From contig NW_005434669.1 of assembly GCF_000315625.1 (NCBI RefSeq), positions 629,583 to 693,582 on the forward strand: 64,000 nucleotides of DNA, given 5' to 3'. Of this stretch, positions 1 through 12,748 are shown piece after piece (the stretch's first letter is position 1; the number at the start of each line of letters is the position of its first letter). A model generated the notes under the pieces. That model searched no databases and had not been told where the DNA came from. It saw nothing but the letters and a program-made list of their open reading frames with translations. The DNA is from Guillardia theta CCMP2712 (lineage: Eukaryota > Protista > Cryptophyta). The position numbers were made by a program, and so were the translations under genes.

Positions 1-3000
1 GGAAAGTTTGAAACTGTAGATGACGTGGCGTCCACTTTTGCAGCCGAACACAACTTGCATAACGTGGAGGCAGTGAAAGAAGTTGTACAGAGTGTCGCTG
101 CCATGGAGGAGGAGAAAGAGGCAAACACGGCCGAGCTGACAAGGAGGCAAGGGAAGATTATACTATTCGGAGACAGCATCCAGTTGCAGCACGTGGCTTC
201 GGGGTTGTTCCTCACCGTTTCGAAGTTGCGCGGGTTCGAGAAAAGCACTCGAGCGCTGGAGATGACGGACCGAGGGAGCGATCACGCCATCTTCCGGGTG
301 CAACCAGCTTTCAGAACTTACGGGCAGGGCGAGCCGATCGGATCTGGAGATCTGGTCGTGTTTGTCAGCGAGAAGAAGGTATTCGGTACCACGATGTTCT
401 TTCACGTTAGCTCGACAATAGGCCAGGATCTGGTCCTCCAAGACAAGCTCCTCGACGAGAATCAGCTGAGCTTGAGCTCAGATGGTCGCACGGGAGTAGA
501 AGAGCTCTGCTCTTCTCCTACTGACGTCAAGATGACCATGTTCCGGCTTATCATCTTCCGGCAATGGGACCTGCCGGAGGAGCAGGAGGCGTTTGTATAT
601 GGAGAAGACGTAGTATGTCTGTATCACAAGGACTTCGAGTCTTACCTCGAGTATGATGGTCACGGGATCAGTCAACCGGTGTTCACTGAGAGCCAGCGGA
701 CTTCGGAGAAGGCTAGAAAGAAGAGTTACTGGATGTGGAAGCTGGAAAGAACCTCCCTCGTATCAGGAGGGCAGAAGCTATACGCCATGGCGCAACAGTT
801 CCGGATGAAGCATCTTCCGTCAGGCATGTACCTATGTGTGAGCGATGACAAGACTGTGGGTATGACATCGGACGTGAACGACGAGAACACGTTGTTCACG
901 TTCAAGCCCTTCTCCAAGGAAGAGACTGTACAGCCCGTGAAGGCCGGTTCATCCGTGTACCTCATCTCTAGAGCTCATGGTTGGATCATCGCAGAGCACT
1001 CAACGATGAGACCCAACGACGACGAGATCGCCAAGAGATACCGCAGGAGGATTGCAGTTCGTTCGTTGGACCAACTCCCCGAGCGAGATGTTCTGACTTT
1101 GATGCGAGTGAATGCAACAATGACGTCGAATGTTCTCAAGGTTGAGAATACCCTCCATGTTATCAGGTCCTGAGCTCTGACTTCATCCTAGGTTTCCAAG
1201 ACCATATCCGTCCTCAAGACTCTCTTGTACCATAGGCTTGCTCGATTGCCAGATTTCCAAGGCGAGCTGCAAACGTGAGGGAAATGAACAACATCGTTGT
1301 CTTTATGACGATGTTTGATGACGCAGCACCTTGCCAGAAGAACTGCCGGGGCAGGCTGAGCTTGTGATCAAGATCTATGACGACGCTCATGGTCTCACTC
1401 AGCCTCACCTGCTTCGACTGCTTCTCAACGCTACCTACGACGACGACGACAACCCCATGTCTCGGGACGGAGTTCCGAATAGGCTGCTGCAGAAGCTTCT
1501 GCGGGAGACGTCCTGCATTGAAACCGTCATGAGCATCCTCGATGAGACCTTCAAGAAAGGAGTTCACATCCGATGGCTGGAGGCGGAGGACGCGAGGTTC
1601 AGCAGGATGGTGGAGCTGATGAGGTTGATGTACAGGCTCATGAAACAGGTGGTGAAGGGCGACGAGAAGAACTCGCTGGTGCTGATGCGATACAAGAAGA
1701 CCATCCAGTCGCATCTCGGCCGAAGTCTTCAGTGCACGGGCACACTCATGGAGATGTACGTGGGCAAGCGGAAGCTGCTGATGAGCATCACGAGGGAGGA
1801 ACTAGAGATGGTCTTCCGCCTGCTAGAGGAGGAGAAGAACTCTCAGTACCTTGACCTCCTACTCTCCATCTGCTCGCACCAAGACACACCCATCCCTTCC
1901 AATCAGCTCCACGTCGCTCACCTCCTCGGCGAGAACCGCACCATCCTCCCCCGCACGAGGATCACTAAGACGATGGGAGGAAGAACAAAGCTGGAGTTCT
2001 CCATCTCCGACTCGAGGGGCTCCCCCCTCCCTTGGATCGACGTTTCTCAGCTGCAGAGCAGGGGAACCTTCCTGCACGGCAGGGACCTTTGCTCCGACAT
2101 CCTACTCGCTTCCTACATGGACTTGAGCCCCCAGCAGAAGATGGTCAGATTCTTCATCCGCAGCACAAACTTGATAGGGCGGGTAGCGCTTGGCCGCAAC
2201 GTGCCAGCCATCAACAGGATGTTGAACATGCCGGAGTTCTGTTTCGGTTACGAGGATGTTCTGTCGGTGATGGAAGAGGAGAGCGTTCCGTCGTTGATCC
2301 GCGCTCAGTATTCGCTCCTCTTGCTCCGGCTCTACATCGACCGAGAGCCTCGAGCATCTGAACCTGAGGTGTTGTACACGAGGATGTCTCGGATGATCCA
2401 GGAAAGGAACAGCCACAGCAGGGAGGAAGAAGGGGAGGGAGAGGAGGAGGAGGAGGGCCGGAGGGGGAGCGATAGAAGGGGGGAGGAGGTCAAGGGAGAG
2501 GTCGAGACGGGGAGGAGGTTAAGAGATCTCTCGCTCTATCTGCTCAGGATGATCGAGACATGGAGGGGGGAAGGGATCGTGTGCGACATGCGAGACTGGA
2601 GCCTCGACGTGGCGACCTACGGGGAGATCGAGCTGCTGCGAAGCTGGATCGACACAGTCGACTTTCTCTTCGACGTCGGCATCGTCTGCTCTCGTCGCTC
2701 AGCCGCATGTGACGTGTCGTACGCGCAGAGGCTTCTGGCTGGGCTCCACCGCCTCGTCCACCTCCCTGACTCGTACGAGCCACCAGCAGCAAGCAAGGAG
2801 ACGATGATGCGATGCAGCCTGCGGTCTCGCGCCCTCGAAGTTGTGCATCGGCTCATGTCTCTCAAGACTAACATCCGCATCTCCTTCTTCGTTGATCGCT
2901 GGGAAGATTTCTTCCTATCCACAGAAGAACATGGGGGAGCGAGTGGAGGAGGGGCGGGAGGAGGCGGAGAGGATGACAGCTCATATCTGTTGCATCAAGA

Positions 3001-6000
3001 TGGTAGGGACGGAAGAATCAAGAGCCTGGTGCAGGAAATGTTTGATGAACAAATACTTGGAAACGAAGGAAACATCAGTGACGTGTACGTCGAAGGCAGC
3101 TACAACTCAGACCTGTTCGTGAAGTTGATGACAGACATGCTTGTATTCAATGACATCAAACTGAGCAGACAGGCCGTGGAGCTTCTGATCCGACACATCG
3201 ATCAGAAAGTTCGATTCCTGCAAGACATGGAGCAGATTCAGGTGCTGGTGTACCCGGAAGCTGCGCGCGTGTACGAGTCTGCCCAGCTGCTCGTCTCCGA
3301 TCTCGTCAGGCTCAAAGATCGTCTGCTGGCTGACAACGAGGAGGCCCTCCAGCAGGCGACTCTTGTCATCCGCACCATCTCAGCTGCCCTCATCCCCCAA
3401 GGCGCCAGGTCAGCCTCCATCGTTCGCAAGAATCAGACCATCCTCAACAACCTCGACCTCGACCGCCACGTCATCGAGATCCTGCGGCTGGTGAGTCGCT
3501 CGACGAGGTCGTCGGAGCCGGAGGAGGAGGAGGAGAAGGAAGAGGCGAGCAGTGGACAGAGAGAGCTGTTGCAGGCTTGCTGCACCTTCATCTCGCTCAT
3601 GGTCAAGGAGTATCCGAGGGCTCAGGTCAAGGTTGTGGAGCACGTGGACCTGCTGGTAGAGCAGCTGGGGAAGAAAGGGATCAACGTGGCAGACGCTATC
3701 CGAGAGGTCTTCTCCAACAACCTGCCCTTGTGCTCTGAAGTCCCGGAGAGCCTGTTGCGGCATCTCACGTCCGCCATCAAGACCTGGGGGCAGGAGGAGA
3801 GTTGGATGCGAGCGCTGGAGGTGTTCCTGCTTTGCGATGGGGTGCTGATCAAGAGAAATCAGAACCTCGTCTCCCGTCTCCTGCTGGAAGAGCATGAAAG
3901 CCTCCTCCTCCTCTCCTGCGACTTGTTGGCCGACTGCCTTGACAAGGCAGAGAGGAGGCGCGAGCTCGAGTTTCACATCCAGTGCCTGCGCATCCTAGCA
4001 CTCTGCGCGTCAGGAAGCAACTTGAAAGTGCAGGTGAAGCTGATGGAGCTGGTGGGGCTGGAGCGAGTGGTGCGCAGCATCGTGGAGCTCGACGAGCAGC
4101 TGAGAGCGGAGGGGCGCAGCTACGACAATCAGCTCTACAGGCTGCAGGAGAGCAGGACGAGGGTTGTGACGAACGTCTACCTCACGTGCGAGGACGGACG
4201 AGCCAAATTTGCGATCCAGTCTTGTGGCTGCATCATGACGGCAGACGCCGAGGGACGCAGCCTCTTGGCGACCTTTATGCGGCTGGTGGAGGACGTCGAG
4301 AAACGCCTGGGAGCAGCAGGCGAGGAGGAGCAGGACAAACAGGATGCTAGCTGCAAGCTCGTCGAGAGCTTGGCAGAGGCTCTGCGATGGATGATAACCA
4401 GCAGCGACGTGGAGACAGGGGAGGCTCGTAGCGAGCAGCTCCACCCCCACATCCATCCGCAGCTGCTCTCCCTGCGCATCAAGCTGGTCTCGCTCTACCA
4501 GACCTTCGGTCCTCAGCTGCAGGAGTCGACGGAGAGCATCAACGCGCTCTTGGTCGAGCTCAACCACCTGGGAGTGCTCGGGGACCTGCTGGTGAAGGCG
4601 GAGACGGGGGAGGCAAGCTCAGAGCCTCATCGCACCGTCGAGGAGCGTTTCCTGCATGGGCTGCGGAGCTTCAAGGAGGGAGTGAGGAGCGTCATCGGTG
4701 ACGACAGCAGCGGCTTCTCCTCCTCCCTCATCCGCGAGATGTCTTGCCTGCTGACTTCCCTGCGGGGACAGGACGACGACTTGAGCGCGCTGAGAGAGTT
4801 TTGCCGGCTCATAACGGACGAAGACTGCGAGTCAGACCTGCAGCACGTCGGGCTGCAGGTGCTCCGAGCGATCGTGTACCTGAACCCCGCGAAGAAGAGC
4901 AGGAGGGAGCAGGAGGAGGAGTACGCGAGGATGAAGACTTTCGACGACCCCTCCGATGCTCAGAACAACGTTCCTGAGTTCTTGAACCTGCAGCTGCTGG
5001 TGGCGCAAGCAGGGGCGGTGGACGCTTTCCTGGCATGCTTCTGTCAAGATGATGCACGCATAGTACGAGAGTCTCTCCTGCTTGCTAACTCGCTCCTTGC
5101 CGGGGGGAACGCGATGGTGCAGCAACTCTTCTCGCGGTACCTCGCGTCTCCTTCCAGCCAGACATTCTTCTTGAAGCTCCTCGACACCTTCGAGCATGCG
5201 ACCATGCAGATCAAAGAAAGGAAGAAGAGGTCGAAGAAAGACAAGGCGAGGAAGAAATTAATCGAGTCAGCCACCGTTGAGAGAAGAGAAGAGGATGACA
5301 ACGGATATGTCGTGATGACGGAGGTGATGGCGATGTCTTCATCTCTTCTGCTGACATGACAACCCTCAGGTCATGAAGTTAATGCGCAGGCTGTGCATGG
5401 GAGGGAACAAAATGCTGCAGGACATTCTGAGAGAGCAGAAGTTGAATCGAGTCTCCATCAACTTCTTCGAGGAGACTGTCAAATATCTCATCGCCAGCGA
5501 GCTGGTGAACCCGACTTCTTCCACTTCTCCACCCTAACTTCTGACCTCTCCCTCTCCCATCCTCTTCCGAAAGACATAACCCCTCCCCCCCCTCTCCTCC
5601 TCTCCTCATGTCTGAACCCTCTCTCAGGACATCAACTCTCTCATTGCGTCTGCCAACGTCTACGAGGTGGAGGGGATAATCCGCGCGTTCATGATGATCG
5701 CTGACGCCATGTACGGCCCCAACCTCGACAACCAGTGGGAGCTGTCGACCGCTGACTTCTTCGACCTCGTGGATCGCATCTTCTCCCGCGTCTTCTTCGA
5801 GACTTGCTCGAGCAGTTCTCAGTCGCCCGACAGGAGCCCGCAGGCGGTGAGGGTCAGGAACCTGATGAGGACGCGGCTCAAGGTCGCCATGTCGACTTGT
5901 CTCAACGCCTTCCTGGAGGGCGTCCAGGATGACGTCATCCCTGCCCGGATGATCACTACCCTGCAGTGGAGCGGAATCGTGCAGCAAACCACTCACTGCT

Positions 6001-8212
6001 ACGACATGCTGCAAGAGAAGACCGGACTCTCGGAGGCGGAGCTTGTGAAGGAGGGAATCAGCTACTTTCTCGTCATGTCGTTCCTGGTGGCGTTTGATCG
6101 CACCGGAGTGATCAGGATGGCGATCAAGCAGACGGAGAAGGCAGGAGCATTCTTTAGGGAGAGGATGGCGAACATCGAGATCGAGAGGGAGGGGAGGTTG
6201 GAGAGGATCTTCTTCCAGCTGCCCGAGGAGTGTGTGGCTGGGGGGGAGCTGGACTTGAGCTACATGGAGCTCTTTGAGAGCATCGAGAGGGGGAATCCGG
6301 AGAAGAAGAGCAAGAGCTACATAGAGAACATGAAGAAGATCATCGCGCGCGAGGATTTTCATCAGAGGATTCGAGACTCTCTTCTCTTCTTCACTGTCAC
6401 TCACTGGGACTTGATCAAACGCGCGACCCTCGTGTGGGTCCTGCTCCTTCACTTGCTCCTCGTCTGCTCCAGCTACGCCCCCAACGATGTCCTTGCCGGC
6501 GAATCTGCACATGATCGTTACGTTGAAATGAAGCTCAACTCAACGGAGTACGACAGACGTTTCTTTGAGGCCTCGGGGCGGGTGCAGGTGGTGGTGGACT
6601 ACATGTGCATCGTCAACCTAGTGCTCTGCTCTTTGAGACTCTTCTCCTTCTGCACAGTCACAGCACCCGAGATCATCCGAGAGCAGAGATTCCGATCCTC
6701 ACATCTTCGCCATTCTACACACATCCCGTCAGGTTACCAGAAACAGAACAGCGGGGCTGATCTATGGCAGGATCAGGAAGATGTGTTTGTAGATGTGTTC
6801 AACGCACAGCAGAAAGCTCCGGCTCGTGCTCCGATGGAGAAGCTAATGGCGGCCGAAGAGCAAGAGGATGGAGAAAGAATCTTGAAGAGAAGATTCAGGG
6901 CAAGGAAGCTGTTGCAAGGGATGCTGATCCTCGTACAGTCTGAGAAGTTCTTGTATGAGGTTGCTTTCTTTCTCTTTTCTCTTGTTGCTGTTGTGATGGA
7001 CAACACGTTGTTCACCACCTTCAGTCTGCTTGAGGTGATCGCTACTCTTGTGATGCTCACAATGACATGACGGCCTGCAGGTCTTCCTGTTGGAATCCTC
7101 TCGCAATGTCATCGACGCGATGCGGTTCAAGTCCATGGCGATGCTGAACACCTTCTTCATCGGGCTTGTCTTCCTCTACGCCTGGATGATCTTCGGCATC
7201 CTGGTCTTCGATGACTTACATCGCGATGACAAGGACAACCCCATCTGCTCCAACATGTTCCAGTGCCTCGTTGCGTATCTCTTCATCGCCATGCGCGGCG
7301 ACGGCATCAAGGATATGACAGCCGCGCCGTCCATACCTCACAACCTCGTCGACTCGCTCTCAAAGCCTGACGTCTTCCTCCTCCGACTGCTCTGGGACTT
7401 GACCTACCAGGTAACGCGAAAGAGGCGCGGGAATGACTGACCAGACCACTGCAGTGGCTCTTCATCTACGTGCTCCTCGCTATCATCACAGGCATCGTCA
7501 TCGACGCCTTCGGCAGTCTCAGGGACAAGAAGCAGAAGGAGGAGGAAGACCTCAACAGCGTCTGCTTCGTCTGCAACCTCGATCGCTTCCGCATCGATCA
7601 GGTGCCTTGTCCTTCTCTCCGTCCCTGTGCAGTCCAACAAGTTTGGCAGTATGGCGTTGGGTTTGTGAAGCACGTGAAGTTCGAGCACAACGCGAGGTGG
7701 TACCTCTTCTTCCTGATGCGAGTCAAGCACACCCCCGTCACCCTCCTGACCTCGCAGGAGAGATACGTCAGAAGCAAGGTCCAGCCACTCCCTCTCGCCT
7801 CCTGCTGACTCGTCGCGGCAGGTCTGGCCACAAGTCGGGAAACCTCGCTATGACTGGCTGCCCAAGTGATTCCTCACTCGGACATGCTTCGAGTTGCTGA
7901 CTGAGATGGCAGGGAGAGGACGTTCTCGATGCCTGAGGAGATCCTGGAGGAGAAGGACCGGGTACTTCATCTAATGCCTTCCTCTCTACCCTCACTGGGC
8001 TTGTTTCCAGCTCGAGCCCAGGCTTGCTCAACTGGATAGCAAACTGAACGCCTTTGAGAACAACCTCCTGCAGCTCATGGTACTGCTCGCTCCTTGTTTC
8101 CAACTCCTCAAACTTGTGGCAGGAGCGTGTCCGTGAGAGGAAGGAGGCTGGTACCGATGACATACTGACCCTGTGGAGTCGGACGCTTTCTAGCGCTTCA
8201 GTGCGTGCATGA
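1..8212 (+). CDS. Inositol 1,4,5-trisphosphate receptor-type Ca2+ release channel, multi-exon, 5' end upstream of window
   Basis: N-terminal E..N..E...G...FGDSIQLQHVASG (Ins145_P3_rec/MIR), FRMKHLPSGMYL, RIH motif PNRLLQKLLRE, LLAGGNAMVQ, LCMGGNKMLQDILREQ, ANIEIEREGRLERIFFQLP, TM helices, pore MRGDGIKD, TM6 LLAIITGIVIDAFGSLRD, C-terminal CFVCNL...HVKFEHNARWYLFFL. Stitched from ORFs 25-1173, 1331-5359, 5667-7070, 7090-7440, 7470-7808 plus short 3' exons; stop at ~8212 is inferred. Confidence 0.93.
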
Positions 8213-8550
8213 CAAGCCTAGCCATGTCTGTCTGAAGGTGTCGTAGACGGTCATGAGCTATTCTTCCTGTACATTAAAGAGATACTTGTATGTAGGAAAC
8301 AGCACTCTTCAAGAGTGTTGCAACATGTAGCTCGGCATGTCTGATGTTGTGATGGAAGGGTTCACTAAATACGTATCCGCTGCCTTCCAGTGCGCTTCTT
8401 CTGTCCCTCTGAGGCAGACCGTCCGCCACTCATGAGTAAAAGCTGTAGGGCCGGAGAGACGCGTAATGGCCAGTAGGAACCAGGAACAGATGGAGCAGAG
8501 TGTGCTCGCCACTAGAGCCTAGCAGGAGGGGGAGGGGGAGGGGGAGAGCA

Positions 8551-8554
<4 letters not shown>

Positions 8555-8600
<46 letters not shown>
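8555..8600 (+). repeat. (CAG)n microsatellite
   Basis: About 15 CAG units visible. Confidence 0.9.
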
Positions 8601-8603
<3 letters not shown>

Positions 8604-8713
8604 GGAAGGAAAGGAGATAAGACCTGCAGAGCTTGTAATGACAACTCTCAAAAGTCTGTCTTGAACTTATGCGGGATTGAGGCTCTTTTGAGACGCCAGA
8701 CATGTGACATGTT

Positions 8714-8788
8714 CTGAGCTCATCGACTAAGATGAGATCTGAGCTCATCGACTAAGATGAGATCTGAGCTCATCGACTAAGATGAGAT
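8714..8788 (+). repeat. 25-bp tandem repeat x3 (CTGAGCTCATCGACTAAGATGAGAT)
   Basis: Three exact copies with no spacers. Confidence 0.9.
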
Positions 8789-8819
8789 CATCTTGGTTGC
8801 TTATCATCTTCTTTGCCAG

Positions 8820-9919
8820 GTGCTGGTGAAATGTCCAAGGAGAGTTCTGTGGTACTTGAGCGACTCCTCTACCTCCCTCTATCTCTCTCCTGCCCCTCCC
8901 TCTATCTCTCTCCTGCCCCTCCCTCTATCTCTCTCCTGCCCCTCCCTCTATCTCTCTCCTGCCCCTCCCTCTATCTCTCTCCTGCCCCTCCCTCTATCTC
9001 TCTCCTGCCCCTCCCTCTATCTCTCTCCTGCCCCTCCCTCTATCTCTCTCCTGCCCCTCCCTCTATCTGTCCCTGAAATCTTGCTCAGGCTCCTTGGATG
9101 CCGGATGTTGACAAGGTACAGTCTGCTTCTGACATTCCCATGTATCCTGAGAGAGACGGCAGGTCAGAAGTAAGTTCGACCATTACGACGTGGTACTCCG
9201 AGCCTGCATGTTGCTGCTGACCTGACAACGTGACGTGATGAGAATGGAGACGGGGAGCTTGATGAAGGAGAATGCATAGCGCTTGCCAAAGATCTGATCG
9301 CCAGCTTTCAACTCGGCAAAGTAGATGAATCCCAAATCAAGGTTGTCCTAATACGCTCACGTGATCTTGCTCATGGATGAGACAGCAATGTTCGGAGTCG
9401 CTCATGTCGAGGGTAGATGGACTGTCCGGGAACCAGGACAACAAGATTCAATTCGAAGAATTCCTTCCCTGGTCTTGAAAGCATGTGTCCTGTTGTGCAT
9501 GATGAGTTTCAGGTACATCCAGGTGGCGGAGGAGCACTGGAGATTGTTACACCCGAGCACGAAGGAAGCGGCGGTGAGACAGTCCTTGACATCTGTTCGC
9601 TTGACATGATTAGGCTCACAAACCTCGAGAGGACCGTGAGGGGCAGGACGACGAGAACTACTCGCCTGAGGTCGCTATGGATGTACCAGGCCCAACCACA
9701 CCCTGACCCTCCGCCCTCAGTCTGTCTTGTCCAAGATCTCCTCTCTACGCGCACAAGTGGCTGAGATCAGAACCTCCTTGAAGGTCGCATGACGCATAGC
9801 GCGTGACCTTCCCTGACTGAGCCACTGACCTCCTGCATCAGACGTGGGACTCCGAGTTCGAGGAAGAGCTTGAGAAGTGCATCCAAGAACTGCCTGCCGC
9901 TCTGACAGCGCCTGTATAG
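8820..9919 (+). CDS. EF-hand Ca2+-binding protein, multi-exon, 5' end uncertain
   Basis: Spliced FDHYDV|NGDGELDEGECIALAKDL gives a canonical 12-residue EF loop (~9176-9272). Second EF-like motif VDGLSGNQDNKIQFEEFLPW. Last exon WDSEFEEELEKCIQELPAALTAPV* ends at 9919. Confidence 0.7.
8872..9068 (+). repeat. 23-bp intronic minisatellite (CCTCCCTCTATCTCTCTCCTGCC), ~8.5 copies
   Basis: Direct tandem copies lying between a GT donor (~8852) and an AG acceptor (~9088). Confidence 0.9.
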
Positions 9920-10603
9920 ACCCGCTCGCAAATGTACAGAGGATCTCTAGCTATCAGTAGATCTGCCCGAAATGTCAAATCGGGAGAGCCTGCTGTAGAG
10001 GGGAGCTCAATTCTCCCTTTCTCCCTCCTTTCTAGTCCATTCCTTTCTCCTCTCCTTCTCTCCTCCTTCTCTCCTCCTTCTCTTGTCTTCCTCGGCCCGC
10101 ATTTCTTCGCCTAGTGGAGGACCCATGAGCCGCTTGAAAGTCCCATCACCCCACCCCATCACTTGCAATGAGTATCCCAAGTACCGGTGGAAGAGAGAAA
10201 ATGGAGTACCCCCACCCTGAGTCAAAATGACAAGCGATCACGATGAAAGGACAAGCAAGAGGAGGGGGAGCAAGTAGGGAGCGAAGGGAGCGAACAAGGT
10301 AGGTGGGGATAGCCATAGTGGTCAGGAGAGGATGTGATAATGCTTAGGGAGCAGGGAAGGGAAGAAGCATGCAGAGGAAACGAGAGACGGTTGAAGTCGT
10401 GGGAGTGAGAGTGATGTATGAGAAAGGAAACGACCCTGCCAGTGATCTTTTGATCGTGTGATACTCCACAACTTATTTCTCTTCTTTCCTCCAGGATTCG
10501 TCGTTTTGTTTCTGCTTGACATGTCTGCGATTAGACTGTGGGTTGTCACAGTTGTCTCTGCAAGACCTTGCATGTGCGGCAGCGAGTGAAATCACCTCCC
10601 TTC

Positions 10604-12748
10604 ATGGCTTCCGTTTGTCTCTCACGCAAAGGGCTTCCTCTCAGCCTCTACGCCCCGTGGGTGCTTGTTTGCTTCCTCGCTCTCTTCCATGATGGGGCAG
10701 TCTCAACTTGTCCGCTCGGCTACTTCAACCTGACAAACTTCGAAAGCACTCGTTGCATCATGTGCGCTGCTGGCACCTACAGCGCCACGAATGATTCGCT
10801 ATCATGCACTTCCTGCCCAGCAGGAACGTATGGGACCCAACCTGCTGCGAGCTTCTGTCTCACGTGCTCTCCTGGCACCTTCCAACCTCAGATTGGACAG
10901 ACTTTCTGCGATCAATGCTGGAAGGGTTACGCCTGTCCGCGGCCGGACATAGGATATCCAGATCCTTGCGTCGTTGGGAAATTTTCTGTAGGTGGTCTTT
11001 CAGCTTGTCAAGATTGCCCCCAAGGTCAATTCAATGATCGCACCATTGCTTCCTTCTGTCAGACATGTACTGGCGGAACGTTCTCCTTACAGGGAAGCTC
11101 AAACTGCACCAAGTGTCAACCAGGAACGTACTCTCTGGCTGGAGCAAGTACTTGCAGCAGCTGCCCCTTGGGAACGTACAACGAGATGGCAGCACAGACG
11201 GCGTGTGTCTTGTGTCCTGTCGGGATGTCGTCCAACATTTCGGGTCAATCATGCTACGCTTGTCCCGTTGGTAAGTATTCGAATGCTCAGCGCCTTTGCT
11301 TGTCTTGCAATCCTGGGACCTACGGCAACACAAACCAGAGCTCAGCGTGCAGCAACTGTCCTCTAGGGCAGTTCAGTATGATCTCTGCCTCGTCTGTCTG
11401 TTCAGTCTGCGGTTCTGGAAAGTATTCCGACAGAACAGCTCAGAGCTTTTGCTCTGATTGCGCGACTGGAACTTTTTCTGTTGCTATAGGTCAATCTTTC
11501 TGCTCTCTGTGTCAGTTGGGAAGCTACAACTCGAACACTTCGCAAACATCTTGCTCGACATGTGAGGTTGGGACTTACAACAACCAGAGCAAATCTTCTG
11601 CTTGCAGCTCTTGCGCGCCCGGGTATTTCAATGGAATCATCGGAGCGACGGCATGTGCTGTGTGCTCCAGAGGATTTTACAGCAACACGAGTGGAGTTTC
11701 GGTATGTTCGGCTTGTCCGTTGGGAACGTACGGAACAGCACAAGGCCAAAGTCACTGCCAGGCATGTGCGAGAGGAAGTTACGGCAACTTGCTCAATTCT
11801 TCTGCTTGCTTGGATTGCGCACCGGGAACTTTTGCGGCCAACATAAGTCAGAGCAGCTGCCTGGCATGCCAGCCCGGGTCCTTCACTGTCTCCTCCAGAC
11901 AATCCTCATGCTCCTTGTGCCCCGAGGGATCCTTCTCCAACTCCAGCGGCAGCACCGCCTGCCTTCACTGCCCAGCTTTGACCGTCAGCGCTGCACCAGG
12001 CAGCACAAGCTGCTCGAGCTGCCCACGAGGCAAGTATCAGCCGGCGTCAGAGAGCTCCATCTGCAAAGACTGCAGCATCGACGTCATCCTCAACTCTCCC
12101 CAGCTGTGCCAGTCGAGCTTTGCCTCTCTCATCCCCTGCGTAGCAGGAGAGTACATGTCGCGTGAGCAGACGTCGCTGACGCTCGTGGAGGATCACGATC
12201 TTGGCTCCTGTGGGGGTGGAGGAGGCCCATGGAACATAACCTCGAGCGGAGGAGCCATCAGCAGCAACGAGTTTCTCTTCCTCAACGGCTGGACGTGCAA
12301 GTGGGACTTCTTGACGCGCTTCAACCTTGGCATCAACATTACTCGGTTCCGAGCCGACCATGCTAGCGCGGCGCTCTACCTCGAAGAGTGGGACGGGCGT
12401 GGCAGGTACCTCAGCCTCTTGCAAAGTCAGGTGGGGACCATGTGGGACCTTCCGATGACTTGGGAGTATCTTCATCCTCGCGTGGGTGAGTACCGCAGAG
12501 TCTCTCTCCTCCTCGCTACCTTCCACGACTCCGGATCCCTCCTCATTCCAGCGGGACTGCGAGCTTCCTGGAGGTCCTACGGGCCCGCCATCTGCCGCGC
12601 GTGCCCTGCTGGGACTTTCTCAGCTGCTCCTCTCAGTCTGGCCTGCTCTTCCTGCCCCTCCGGCACCTTCTCTGGCTCCGGTCAATCCTTCTGTAGTCAG
12701 TGCCCCCCCGGCAAGACTTCCCCGGCCGGTTCGGGCGAGTGCGCATGA
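10604..12748 (+). CDS. Secreted Cys-rich protein with tandem GCC2/GCC3 (ephrin-receptor-like) repeats and a CUB-like insert
   Basis: Intronless ORF. Hydrophobic signal (PWVLVCFLALFHDGAVS), more than 20 C..C.xGxY/F repeats, CUB-like segment (NGWTCKWDF...LGINITRF), no C-terminal TM helix. Confidence 0.8.
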   Translation: MASVCLSRKGLPLSLYAPWVLVCFLALFHDGAVSTCPLGYFNLTNFESTRCIMCAAGTYSATNDSLSCTSCPAGTYGTQPAASFCLTCSPGTFQPQIGQTFCDQCWKGYACPRPDIGYPDPCVVGKFSVGGLSACQDCPQGQFNDRTIASFCQTCTGGTFSLQGSSNCTKCQPGTYSLAGASTCSSCPLGTYNEMAAQTACVLCPVGMSSNISGQSCYACPVGKYSNAQRLCLSCNPGTYGNTNQSSACSNCPLGQFSMISASSVCSVCGSGKYSDRTAQSFCSDCATGTFSVAIGQSFCSLCQLGSYNSNTSQTSCSTCEVGTYNNQSKSSACSSCAPGYFNGIIGATACAVCSRGFYSNTSGVSVCSACPLGTYGTAQGQSHCQACARGSYGNLLNSSACLDCAPGTFAANISQSSCLACQPGSFTVSSRQSSCSLCPEGSFSNSSGSTACLHCPALTVSAAPGSTSCSSCPRGKYQPASESSICKDCSIDVILNSPQLCQSSFASLIPCVAGEYMSREQTSLTLVEDHDLGSCGGGGGPWNITSSGGAISSNEFLFLNGWTCKWDFLTRFNLGINITRFRADHASAALYLEEWDGRGRYLSLLQSQVGTMWDLPMTWEYLHPRVGEYRRVSLLLATFHDSGSLLIPAGLRASWRSYGPAICRACPAGTFSAAPLSLACSSCPSGTFSGSGQSFCSQCPPGKTSPAGSGECA

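Noticed and set aside
5379-6512. 377-aa minus-strand ORF and similar ORFs inside IP3R
   Set aside because: Antisense shadows of a high-GC3 coding region.
8714-8788. 25-bp partly palindromic repeats resembling a CRISPR array
   Set aside because: No spacers, no cas genes, eukaryotic context; simple tandem repeat.
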